Source of the DNA: a virus
Length of the DNA stretch: 64,000 bases
Reading direction: 5' to 3' (one strand)
Virus record (IMG/VR): IMGVR_UViG_3300023109_000007
Coordinates: 73,747-137,746 of that record
Positions 9,745 to 18,825 of this stretch are shown piece by piece (the stretch's first letter is position 1; each line of letters opens with the position of its first letter). The notes beneath the pieces were generated by a model. That model saw only the letters and a program-made list of their open reading frames with translations, was not told where the DNA came from and made no database searches. Both the position numbers and the translations under genes were made by a program.

Positions 9745-10120
9745 GGTTGGCGGGCCAGATTAATTTACCGCTGTGGAAAAAGCTCTCGTATAGAAGCACA
9801 CGTAACACGTTGAGTCGCGTCTGGTAATAAGGCGTTGGATTGACGTAGATTGAATGTTAGCAATTGAAAAACACAACACAGTACATAAAAACCCTTTAGC
9901 ACTAGGAACGAAGCGAGGGAATAGTGTTACATATAATGTACATTGTATATTATAAGCAACATAATGTCGACGTAGGTTGGGAAAGGTCAGAGCCCATTGT
10001 ACTTTGTGTATAAACAATTACCTACTTCCAATGTCTTGGCTGGTGCAGACTCACATGAAGCGCATTTTGAGATTAGATGGGACCGTAACAGGTTCCGTCT
10101 GACTGAAACAATCTACATGA
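9745..10120 (+). ncRNA. Putative large structured ncRNA downstream of the GIY-YIG gene
   Basis: No credible ORF; several stems with G-U pairs (e.g. 10073-10084/10091-10102) and crossing long-range pairings 9811-9816/10048-10053 and 9845-9852/10109-10116. Confidence 0.55.
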
Positions 10121-10128
10121 AACTTAAA

Positions 10129-10238
10129 CATTATTACATTCGTAATAATGCATTTGTATCATATTCATTACTTCTATCAACAAACGAAGTATGTAGTTTG
10201 AGCGTTAAGCGAAAACAAATATCTACGAAGTAGATATT
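10129..10238. repeat. Cluster of perfect inverted repeats
   Basis: CATTATTAC-attc-GTAATAATG (10129-10150), TACTTC..GAAGTA (10169-10191), AATATCTAC-gaa-GTAGATATT (10218-10238). Confidence 0.75.
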
Positions 10239-10250
10239 GAAACTATATAA

Positions 10251-10258
10251 TATAAATA
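10251..10258 (+). promoter_or_regulatory. T4-type late promoter TATAAATA
   Basis: Exact gp55 consensus 26 nt upstream of the 10284 ATG. Confidence 0.8.
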
Positions 10259-10283
10259 CATTAACTATTAAGGATTCTTCTAG

Positions 10284-10826
10284 ATGAAAATTGATGAAAT
10301 TGAAAAACTTGATGAAGTGCCTGCAGGTATGCTAGGACAAGCTGGTAAAAAGCTTGGAGCAAAAGTATTAAACAAAATACCAGGTGGTGCTGCTAAATCA
10401 AAAGCTGCTAATATGGCTGCACAAGCTGACTTGGGAGATACTGCAAATAATTTACATAAAGAATTTAATGCTCACCTTGGGTCTAAACAACTAACAATGG
10501 CACAAGCAACTGGAGAAGAATTAGTTGCTTTTCTAAAAACAAAGAATCACAAGACTGCTGCTAGAATACCTTCTGGTGTATTACAAAAACAGCAACTTGA
10601 TGCAGTACTAATGGCAGTTGCAAAAGAAGCAACGGCAGCACAAGCTGCTGCTCCGGCTGCAAATGCACCAGTAGATGCTAACAAAGATGGTATAGATGAC
10701 AATACAGGAAAGCCAATCAAAGCTGCTCCTGCGGCTGGTGCAAAACCTAAAATACCAGCAGACATTATGGCACAACTACAAAAACTTAGTCTTGAGCAAA
10801 AACAACAGTTGGCAGAGCTACTATGA
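10284..10826 (+). CDS. Hypothetical late protein, possible internal head protein
   Basis: Late promoter and AAGGA SD; Ala/Lys-rich; N-terminal I/L-x-E motifs (KIDE, KLDE). Confidence 0.7.
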   Translation: MKIDEIEKLDEVPAGMLGQAGKKLGAKVLNKIPGGAAKSKAANMAAQADLGDTANNLHKEFNAHLGSKQLTMAQATGEELVAFLKTKNHKTAARIPSGVLQKQQLDAVLMAVAKEATAAQAAAPAANAPVDANKDGIDDNTGKPIKAAPAAGAKPKIPADIMAQLQKLSLEQKQQLAELL

Positions 10827-12400
10827 AACTAAATGAAGTAACATTATTTGAAAACAAATCACATCGTATACTGCAAGAAGGTTGGCAAGATCTAACTGAA
10901 GCACAAAAGTTGTATCAGTCTAGATGGGAAAGAGAACTTTGGCCATTATTAGAACAGTATGTACAATTATGTGAAAATAAGTTAACTCCAGACGAAATAC
11001 AAAAAGTATTTACAAGTGCAGAACAAGTGCAAAATGCACTAGGAAAAAATACTAACGCTTTAGGCAAAGCAGGTAACGCAGCAAAAGCTGCTGCAAAACT
11101 ACCAATTGATTTAGCTAAAAAAATTGATGCTAAAATTACCGAATTAGGCAGAGCTGCTCAAAATGCTGAAGCAGTAGTAAATGCAGATGCAAAATTTGAA
11201 AAACTAAAAGCTGATATTATGAAATCTAAGCCTGACAACAAAGTTGTTAAAGGCATAACGGCTGTAAGCGATTGGGCAAAAGAGAATCCTGGTAAAGCAA
11301 GTATTGCTGTAGGTATCTTAACAACCATTGCTGCATTTGCAGGCGGTCCTGCAGGCGGTTTAGCAGCAGGTATGATATTAAGATCAACAAAAGAGCTATT
11401 GCAAGGTGAAAAACTTTCAACAGCAATTGGCAAATCAGTTAAAACAGCAGCCTATGGTGCTATTGCTGGCTGGGCGTTGCAAGGAATTGGTGAATGGTTT
11501 GAAGGTTTACGTTATGATGCTGTACCTTTTGAACAATCAGAAGGGCTTGTAACACTAGAAATTGGATTTAAAGACAATATTAGTTGGCCTGGATTTGAAT
11601 CTACTCGAGAAATAGGTAGTATGGTGCTTCCAGAAAGTCAATTATCTGAATTTACACAACTACTTGATCAAATGAAAGCAGCAACAGCAGTTGTTAATCC
11701 AACAACTGATCCTGGAGCATTAAATGCCTTTGATGAACTTTGGAAATTTACAAAAGAATTTGATACACAAGAATTTATTGCCAATATGAATCTAAATAAC
11801 GAAATTGCTCAAATGGTTGCTGCTGAAAACGATGCATTCCTACAAAGCATGAAAGTTATTAATGACGGATTAGCATCAATTGCACAAGGTAGTATTACTG
11901 CAAAAGGCGAAAACACTCCAGTTAAAGTAGGTAGTGAAGAATATACTGCAAAAGACACTGCAAAAGCTGAATCTTTAGATATGAACGACAGATTTGCTCA
12001 GTATTTGAAAGAAAGACAAGTAGACGAAGCACCATTTGGCGATATGATCAAAAAAGGTGCTAAAGCAGCCGGCGGAGCCATTGCAAAAGGTGCTAAAGCA
12101 GTAGGTGCTAAAGCAAAAGAAGTTGGAAAAGAGCTAGGAAGTATTGCTACAGCTAAAAAACTAAATGCAATGTGGGTAAAGGCAGGAAAACCAATGGATG
12201 TAGGAAGTATTGTTAACATATTGCAGCAAGGCGGTGTGCAAGACAAAACTATTTCTACAATTGCTAAACAATCTAACGTTGCATTGCCAATACCTAAGGA
12301 TGCTAATGCAGTTGATCCTAAGATGCAAGCATTAGCTGACCAAATTAAACAATTAGGTGTGGCTCAAACTGTTAAAGCAATGCTAACACAGCAAGTATAA
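10823..12400 (+). CDS. Hypothetical late protein with a hydrophobic Gly/Ala hairpin, possible ejected protein
   Basis: ATGA coupling to the upstream gene; N-terminal LNE/LFE/LQE motifs; segment IAVGILTTIAAFAGGPAGGLAAGMIL. Confidence 0.7.
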   Translation: MKLNEVTLFENKSHRILQEGWQDLTEAQKLYQSRWERELWPLLEQYVQLCENKLTPDEIQKVFTSAEQVQNALGKNTNALGKAGNAAKAAAKLPIDLAKKIDAKITELGRAAQNAEAVVNADAKFEKLKADIMKSKPDNKVVKGITAVSDWAKENPGKASIAVGILTTIAAFAGGPAGGLAAGMILRSTKELLQGEKLSTAIGKSVKTAAYGAIAGWALQGIGEWFEGLRYDAVPFEQSEGLVTLEIGFKDNISWPGFESTREIGSMVLPESQLSEFTQLLDQMKAATAVVNPTTDPGALNAFDELWKFTKEFDTQEFIANMNLNNEIAQMVAAENDAFLQSMKVINDGLASIAQGSITAKGENTPVKVGSEEYTAKDTAKAESLDMNDRFAQYLKERQVDEAPFGDMIKKGAKAAGGAIAKGAKAVGAKAKEVGKELGSIATAKKLNAMWVKAGKPMDVGSIVNILQQGGVQDKTISTIAKQSNVALPIPKDANAVDPKMQALADQIKQLGVAQTVKAMLTQQV

Positions 12401-12613
12401 TTAAAAATAAGGTAAACCAGACTTTTTAGTAACTTCTATGTTCTCTTTTACTATAGAAGCAATAATTTCTCTGTCTTCATAACACAAACCAAACACTTCG
12501 TCAGTTGTAACTCCGCCACGCATTGCCCAAGCCATTTTAAATAGTTCTGATTTGAGGGCTTTTTGTTCATTTTCTAACGTTTTGGCTTCTTCTAGGATCT
12601 CGTCAAGCCCCAT
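12401..12613 (-). CDS. Small baseplate-hub assembly/tail chaperone (gp51-like); possible -1 frameshift extension of the upstream gene
   Basis: Follows the gp26-like gene; its frame is open back to the T TTT TTC slippery site; also has its own AAGGA SD. Confidence 0.6.
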   Translation of the reverse strand: MGLDEILEEAKTLENEQKALKSELFKMAWAMRGGVTTDEVFGLCYEDREIIASIVKENIEVTKKSGLPYF

Positions 12614-12624
12614 TGACAGGATCC

Positions 12625-13488
12625 TTATGCGAAAAAATTTGATTGATCGAATGTTATAGGTATTTCAAAAGTTTCAGGTGCACCTTCTTCAATTTCTTCT
12701 AAAGTACTTTCAACTTTCATTGGTTCAATATTAAATTTTACTTTTTGTGTTTCCAAATGATCTAAAATATCATTAAAGAACTCTTTATCTGCATTGTCAA
12801 TAAATTCTTGTATATGTAAGGGGTTATCTACAACTTGATCTTCAACTTCAATACTCTTAATACTTGTTGCTAACATGTTTACAGTCATTTGTGTGAGTTT
12901 TGCAAATGCTACATTAAACTTTTCAATCTTATCTTCATCTGGTATGTCATCATCATTAACAATTCTAAAGATTCTTTGCTCTTCAAACGTTTTCATAGCA
13001 TTACGTGTGAATTCTTTATAAGTTAACGGTGCTAAATTTACTACCATATCGCCAACTTGAATACGATCATCAAAATGAGTGTTGGTTATCTTATTCAACA
13101 TCTGTCTAAGATCCATATTATAATCACGTTCGCTTGTTGTATTAGGCGTAGTGTACGAAATCTGCATATGTTCACCGTATGTAGCAATACGTATAGCAAT
13201 TAATATAGCATCTAAGTCTACACTAGGCATTCCCCAAGCGTTTTTTATATTTGGAATACAACTTTGTATTACATCAACTGTACTTTGTCCGTTTAATAAC
13301 GCATCTGGTGTTTTCATAGCTAATTCATCTTTAGCTGTCATAGCAAATACTGGCAATTCTCCAGTTTCGGTCATTTCAATTGCACCGTCTGGGTAGTATT
13401 TTCCTCTACTTGGTAAATCTAAATAAACTTTAGGCTGTCGATAGAACTTCTTTAAAGGGTTTGCACCGGGTGCAGTAATTTCTGGCAT
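12625..13488 (-). CDS. Baseplate hub assembly protein, T4 gp26-like
   Basis: PKVYLDLPS.G, MTAKDEL, DLDAILIAIRIATYGE motifs; divergent from the tape measure gene. Confidence 0.75.
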   Translation of the reverse strand: MPEITAPGANPLKKFYRQPKVYLDLPSRGKYYPDGAIEMTETGELPVFAMTAKDELAMKTPDALLNGQSTVDVIQSCIPNIKNAWGMPSVDLDAILIAIRIATYGEHMQISYTTPNTTSERDYNMDLRQMLNKITNTHFDDRIQVGDMVVNLAPLTYKEFTRNAMKTFEEQRIFRIVNDDDIPDEDKIEKFNVAFAKLTQMTVNMLATSIKSIEVEDQVVDNPLHIQEFIDNADKEFFNDILDHLETQKVKFNIEPMKVESTLEEIEEGAPETFEIPITFDQSNFFA

Positions 13489-13499
13489 GAGCGTCTCCG

Positions 13500-13538
13500 T
13501 ATAAATACATTATATAAATATGTATCGTTATTATTTAT
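13500..13538. promoter_or_regulatory. Divergent late promoters
   Basis: TATAAATA on + at 13500-13507 and 13513-13520; CATAAATA on - at 13531-13538. Confidence 0.7.
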
Positions 13539-13565
13539 GTGCGCACTTAACTGGACTTTTGATAA

Positions 13566-16500
13566 TTGGCTGAACAAACTGTAGAAATTGAAAACGTAGG
13601 CGGGGTTGGCGTTGCAAGCGAAGTTACTCTTGAAAGAGTAGCCAAAGCTGTGGAGAAAATGTCTGGAATCAAGAGCAAAGGCCAGGCAGTTGAAAACAAA
13701 CTACGTGAATTACATAACAAAGCACAACAAAGTGGTGTTAAAGTTGTTAAAGATAGCACAAAGGCATTAGATAAAAATACAGAAGCAGTTGATTCTTCAA
13801 CAACTGCATTTAATTCTGCTGCTAAGGGTGCATTAGGGCTTGCAGCTAAAGGTTTTGGTACATTATTAGGTAGTGCAATAGGATTATCTAAAGAACTTTT
13901 AAACGGCGGCAACCGAGTAACAGATTTTGCTCAACATATTCCTTTAGTAGGCAGTCATTTAGCAATACTTACAGGATTTATGGATAATACTGTAAATCAA
14001 TTTAGAAGTTTAACTGCTGTAGGTGTTGATTTCGGCGGAAGTTTGTTTGAAGTACAAAATATGGCTGCAAAAAGCGGACTAAGTCTTGACACATTTTCTT
14101 CTGTAATTCGAAATAATAGTCAAGACTTAGCATTATTGGGTGGTAACGCAAGATTAGGTGCAATAAGATTTACAGAGATTAGCAGACAACTACAAAGCAA
14201 ATTTGGACCACAGTTTAGTGCATTAGGTATGACAATGGAAGAAACAGCAGAGTATACTGCTGACTATATCAAATTACAAACTAGACTCGGCCGAAGTCAG
14301 CAAATGAGTGATACTCAACTAGCTCAAGGTACAGCGTCATATACGATGCAATTAGATAGACTTGCTAAACTTACAGGTAAACAACGAGATGAAATTGCTG
14401 CTAGTTTAGAAAAAGAAAGTCTAGATGCACGTATGCAAGCAGTAATGTCTACAATGAGCGACACTGCTCAAAAAAATCTTCTAGGTGTAACAACCATACT
14501 TGAAGCAGCAAGTCCTAAAACTGCAGAAGCTATTAGAGAGATGGTTGCAACTAACGGAGTTCCTATAAGTGATTTTGCTAAGGACTTAATGCGTACAACT
14601 CCCGAGTTGCGAGCGCTGACAATCGGACTTAGAAATGAGACCGTTACACAAGAAGAATTTATAGAAGGTATGAACGCAGCTATTGAGTCTAGTCACAATC
14701 TTTCAGACGAACTGATATTAAGCTATGGAACACAAGCTGCCTTAGGTAGTTCAGTTGGTAGTGCAGCACTTGAATTAAGAACTCTAGGTAAACTTGCAAC
14801 AGAGTCAGCAGATGCAACAGAAGCCCAAAAAGAAGCAGCAGATAGAAACGCTGCAGGACTTCTTGATTTCGAAAGACGAATTACAGAAGTAAGAAATAAA
14901 ATTAAAGTTGCATTAATAGATAGCGGAATATTTGGATTGCTAGAGACAAGTATAGACAAAGTTATAAGTTACTTTACAAGTGAAGAAGGCATGAAAGCTG
15001 TAGAAGATACAATTAAATCAATGGCAGCAGGTATAAAAGAATTTGTAGACTTAGTTCAAGACAAAGGATTGTTTGGAGCAATAGGCGAAAAAATGGGAGA
15101 TGCATTAAAGGCAGCTCTTACTAGTCCAGCAGTACTTACAGCAGTAGGCGGAGCATTTGCATTACTATTAGGCGGCGCAGCAATTAAAAGTGCAGTTACT
15201 GGAGCAATAGGCGGATTGTTCAGTGGCGGCGGTGGCGGCGGTGGCGGCGGTGGCAAAGGTCGAGGCCGAGGTGGCGGCGTTGGTAAAGGTGCAGGCGCAG
15301 CAGTTGGAAACTTTGTTGGATCAATGGGCGCCGGTGTAATGAAAGGTGCTGCTACAGGACTAGCAGCATTTGCTAATCCACAAATATTGGTTGGTGCTGG
15401 TATACTTGGCGGTGCAATTACTGCTGTTGGTGCAGGTATAGCAGGTGCAGCATGGTTGTTAGGTAAATCATTACCTACGTTTGTTGATGGATTAAAATCA
15501 TTTGAAGAAATAGACGGTACAGCATTATCAACAGCAGCGACTGGTATGCTAGACCTAAGTCTTGGAATGGCAGCGTTTGGTGCTGGAACAGCAGTAGCCG
15601 GACTTGGAACAATGGTAGGCGGTATTACTGAAGGCATAGGAAAACTATTTGGTGCTGATGATCCGTTAACTAAACTAAAAACATTTAGTGACACAAAAAT
15701 AGATGCAGCACAAGTAAAGTCTAATGCAGAAGCAATGAAAGACTTTAGTGATGCAATGGGTGCAGCAGCAAGCGCACCAGGTGAGTCAATAACAAAAGCA
15801 ATAGGTAGTTCAATTGCAGGATTCTTTGGAGCTGAAGGCGGTATACCTTATGACCAAATAAAAGAATTTGAAAAACATAGCTTTGACGCAGCAAAAATAA
15901 AATTAAATTCAGAAGCACTAGTTGCGTTTACAGATGCTTTAGCAACTTCTAAAAAAGGAGAAGCTGTTGCAGGCGCAAGCGCAGCAGTTGGAGCAATTGG
16001 TAATGCAATTGCAGGATTCTTTGGCGGCGAAAGTGGTATACCGTATGATAAAATAGCAGAATTTGAAACACATACTTTTGATACAGTAAAAATAAAGGCA
16101 AATGCCGAAGCAATGGTAGCATTCAACGAAGCTCTAACTTCTAGTGCAAGTGCAAGCCAAGAAAGCGGCATAAAGAGTGCTGTAGGAGCAATTGGTAGTG
16201 CTATTTCAAGTTTCTTTGGCGGATCAACGCCATTTGAAAAAGTAAAAGAATTTGGTGACTTAGCAATAAACGCTACTGGCGTACAAGCAAATGCTGAAGC
16301 AATGGGATCTTTTGCTACAGCAATGACAGCATTTTCTGGTTCTGGTATTGAAAATGTTTCTATTCCTAAAGCACTAGTTGATCGAATGGAAGATATGGCA
16401 GCAATTACAGGAACTGGATTCAAAACTACAGCAGACGGCTTAACAGCATTAACCGCAGTACCTGGACTAGCAGCTACAATAACATCACTTAATTCACTTG

Positions 16501-16799
16501 ACGCAACTGACGTTCTAACGTATAATGAAGCTATGAAAGATTTAGTTGAAGTATTAAGAGAATTAAATACCGAACTTGCTAAAGATAATAAAGTTGGTTT
16601 TGGTACTGGAACTAATGCAGGAGATGTTGTTAGTAAATTAGATTCAATCGGCGGATCCAGCTCAGGAAGCAATCAAGCACTAAATCAGTTAAATAGTACT
16701 ATGCAGCAAGTATTAACTGTATTAGAAGAAACATACGTATTAGAAGAAAAACAAAATACAAATATCAAAGGACTAAACGGAAATTTAATCCGAGGTTAA
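13566..16799 (+). CDS. Tape measure-like protein
   Basis: 1077 aa, helical and Ala/Gly-rich, with hydrophobic segments and about 65-aa repeats (AIG..IAGFFG.E.GIPYD.I.EF...A.A+.AF); next to the gp26-like chaperone; TTG start. Confidence 0.75.
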   Translation: MAEQTVEIENVGGVGVASEVTLERVAKAVEKMSGIKSKGQAVENKLRELHNKAQQSGVKVVKDSTKALDKNTEAVDSSTTAFNSAAKGALGLAAKGFGTLLGSAIGLSKELLNGGNRVTDFAQHIPLVGSHLAILTGFMDNTVNQFRSLTAVGVDFGGSLFEVQNMAAKSGLSLDTFSSVIRNNSQDLALLGGNARLGAIRFTEISRQLQSKFGPQFSALGMTMEETAEYTADYIKLQTRLGRSQQMSDTQLAQGTASYTMQLDRLAKLTGKQRDEIAASLEKESLDARMQAVMSTMSDTAQKNLLGVTTILEAASPKTAEAIREMVATNGVPISDFAKDLMRTTPELRALTIGLRNETVTQEEFIEGMNAAIESSHNLSDELILSYGTQAALGSSVGSAALELRTLGKLATESADATEAQKEAADRNAAGLLDFERRITEVRNKIKVALIDSGIFGLLETSIDKVISYFTSEEGMKAVEDTIKSMAAGIKEFVDLVQDKGLFGAIGEKMGDALKAALTSPAVLTAVGGAFALLLGGAAIKSAVTGAIGGLFSGGGGGGGGGGKGRGRGGGVGKGAGAAVGNFVGSMGAGVMKGAATGLAAFANPQILVGAGILGGAITAVGAGIAGAAWLLGKSLPTFVDGLKSFEEIDGTALSTAATGMLDLSLGMAAFGAGTAVAGLGTMVGGITEGIGKLFGADDPLTKLKTFSDTKIDAAQVKSNAEAMKDFSDAMGAAASAPGESITKAIGSSIAGFFGAEGGIPYDQIKEFEKHSFDAAKIKLNSEALVAFTDALATSKKGEAVAGASAAVGAIGNAIAGFFGGESGIPYDKIAEFETHTFDTVKIKANAEAMVAFNEALTSSASASQESGIKSAVGAIGSAISSFFGGSTPFEKVKEFGDLAINATGVQANAEAMGSFATAMTAFSGSGIENVSIPKALVDRMEDMAAITGTGFKTTADGLTALTAVPGLAATITSLNSLDATDVLTYNEAMKDLVEVLRELNTELAKDNKVGFGTGTNAGDVVSKLDSIGGSSSGSNQALNQLNSTMQQVLTVLEETYVLEEKQNTNIKGLNGNLIRG

Positions 16800-16810
16800 T
16801 GGAGTCATAA

Positions 16811-18568
16811 ATGAGTTGGAAAAAACATTTTACACCTGTCGCAACTGGTGACAATATGGGAGGAAGTTATAGCCCTCTCGGGGGTGCGTCCAACGGAAGC
16901 AATCCAGGTCCTGCACGTACTAACTATTCAAGTTACTTGCCAGATGTATATGTAGGAACTCCAAACAGAGTTGAGCGTTATGGTCAGTACAACACAATGG
17001 ATCAAGATTCAGAAGTTAATGCTGCACTTGATATACTTGCTGAATTTTGTACTCAAGAAAATAAACAAAATAGAACTCCGTTTATAATGGACTTCAAACA
17101 ACAAGCTACTAATTCAGAAGTTACTATTATACAACAGTACTTGCTTCAATGGTGCAAGCTACAAAACTTTGATACTAAGATGTTCCGTACAATGAGAAAT
17201 ATTTTTAAGTATGGAGATGCATTTTTTATTAGAGACCCAGAAACCAAACGCTGGTTCTATGTTGATCCTGCTAACGTAACAAAAATTATTGTGAATGAAT
17301 CAGAAGGCAAAGAACCTGAACAGTATGTTATTAAGAACTTTAATTTAAATTTTAAAGATGCAGTAGCAACAACTCCACACACCACAGGCGGAAACATAAG
17401 TGGCGGCGGCGCAGGTTCTTATCACCCGCAAGGCAATGCTAGAGGAATGGTAGGTCAACCGCAATCAAGTTTTACTGCAAGTAGATTTACAGAAGAAGAC
17501 GGCGAAATAACTGTTGATGCAAAACATATGGTTCATCTAAGTTTGTCAGAAGGGTTAGATCAAAACTTTCCTTTTGGTAACAGTTTACTTGAAACTATTT
17601 TTAAAGTTTACAAACAAAAAGAATTACTTGAAGATGCAATTATTATCTATCGAGTACAACGTGCGCCAGAGCGCAGAGTATTCTACGTTGATGTGGGCAA
17701 CATGCCTTCACACCTTGCTATGCAATTTGTTGAGCGTGTTAAAACGGAAATACATCAAAGACGTATCCCATCGGCGACAGGAGGCGGCACTAACGTCATA
17801 GACAGTTCTTATAATCCTCTGTCAATTAACGAAGATTACTTTTTCCCACAAACTGCTGAAGGACGTGGATCTAAAGTTGAAACACTACCAGGCGGTACTA
17901 ACTTAGGAGAGATTGATGACCTTAGATATTTTACTAATAAGCTCGTACGCGGTTTACGAATCCCTAGTTCATACCTACCTACCGGCGCTGACGATTCATC
18001 TGCGCAGTACAATGATGGACGAGTCGGCACTGCATACATACAAGAATTAAGATTTAATACTTACTGTGAGCGTTTACAAAATCTTGTATCTGAAGATTTT
18101 GATTTAGAATTTAAGCGTTACATATTGGAAAAGGGTGTAAACATTGACACAGCAATGTTTGATCTAAGATTCCAACCACCACAAAACTTTGCAGCATATA
18201 GACAAAGTGAAATTGATAATGCACGTATTCCTACATTTACACAAATGAGTGCAATACCTTACGTTTCAAATAGATTTGCAATGAAACGTTTCTTAGGAAT
18301 GTCAGACGAGGAGTTAGCAGAAAACGAACGCTTGTGGCGAGAAGAAAATGATGAAGCAATTGACCAGCCACCTACTGATGCAGGAACTGAACTAAGAAGT
18401 GCAGGAATTACAGGAGCAGGTATGGAAGCAGACTTAGGTGCAGCAGAAGATGAATTAGACACTGGCGAAGCACCGATTGATGGCGGTGCTGGCGCAGGAC
18501 CAGAAACTGTTACAGCTGATCCAATTGGTGGAACAGGCAATGACGCAACAACTGACCAAACTGTATAA
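16811..18568 (+). CDS. gp20: Portal protein, T4 gp20-like
   Basis: LLEDAIIIYRVQRAPERRVFYVDVGNMP, EDYFFPQ..EGRGSKVETLPGG.NLGEIDDLRYF. Confidence 0.95.
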   Translation: MSWKKHFTPVATGDNMGGSYSPLGGASNGSNPGPARTNYSSYLPDVYVGTPNRVERYGQYNTMDQDSEVNAALDILAEFCTQENKQNRTPFIMDFKQQATNSEVTIIQQYLLQWCKLQNFDTKMFRTMRNIFKYGDAFFIRDPETKRWFYVDPANVTKIIVNESEGKEPEQYVIKNFNLNFKDAVATTPHTTGGNISGGGAGSYHPQGNARGMVGQPQSSFTASRFTEEDGEITVDAKHMVHLSLSEGLDQNFPFGNSLLETIFKVYKQKELLEDAIIIYRVQRAPERRVFYVDVGNMPSHLAMQFVERVKTEIHQRRIPSATGGGTNVIDSSYNPLSINEDYFFPQTAEGRGSKVETLPGGTNLGEIDDLRYFTNKLVRGLRIPSSYLPTGADDSSAQYNDGRVGTAYIQELRFNTYCERLQNLVSEDFDLEFKRYILEKGVNIDTAMFDLRFQPPQNFAAYRQSEIDNARIPTFTQMSAIPYVSNRFAMKRFLGMSDEELAENERLWREENDEAIDQPPTDAGTELRSAGITGAGMEADLGAAEDELDTGEAPIDGGAGAGPETVTADPIGGTGNDATTDQTV

Positions 18569-18571
18569 ATA
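18564..18571 (+). promoter_or_regulatory. Late promoter TATAAATA
   Basis: Exact consensus overlapping the portal stop codon; only 5 nt separate it from the 18577 ATG, so the mRNA would be near-leaderless. Confidence 0.65.
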
Positions 18572-18576
18572 CTAAC

Positions 18577-18825
18577 ATGATACTTCGAGAACTATTTTAT
18601 TTTGATAAAGAAACAATTGATCCGGTAGACGATAAGTCTTATGAGCCGGAAAATGATTCATCACCTGTTAAAAAAGATGACACTCGCAAGACTAGACTTA
18701 CATTACGCCAAATCAATCGGGTTCGCAAAGCAAACGAATTACATACAGAACAATCAAAGAATGATCTATTCTTTGTTAGACAAATGTATGGCATTGCTTC
18801 TAATGCTGAAGCCGGTGGGGTTTAA
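18577..18825 (+). CDS. Small head-module hypothetical protein
   Basis: Lies directly after portal; DTRKTRLTLRQINRVRK...QMYG; coupled to the next gene. Confidence 0.7.
   Translation: MILRELFYFDKETIDPVDDKSYEPENDSSPVKKDDTRKTRLTLRQINRVRKANELHTEQSKNDLFFVRQMYGIASNAEAGGV

Noticed and set aside
9745-10120. Group I intron, RNase P RNA or tmRNA identity for the structured region
   Set aside because: No interrupted gene flanks it; GCAGACT resembles a P7 strand but its complement lies upstream, not downstream; no GAGGAAAGUCC motif and no tRNA-like ends. Identity left unassigned.
9760-10233. ORFs 9760..10017 (-) and 9997..10233 (+)
   Set aside because: No SD, atypical composition, and they overlap the structured element; likely chance ORFs.
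15056-16672. Antisense ORFs of 212 and 274 aa, and similar ones opposite other large genes
   Set aside because: Shadow ORFs caused by codon bias of the sense genes.
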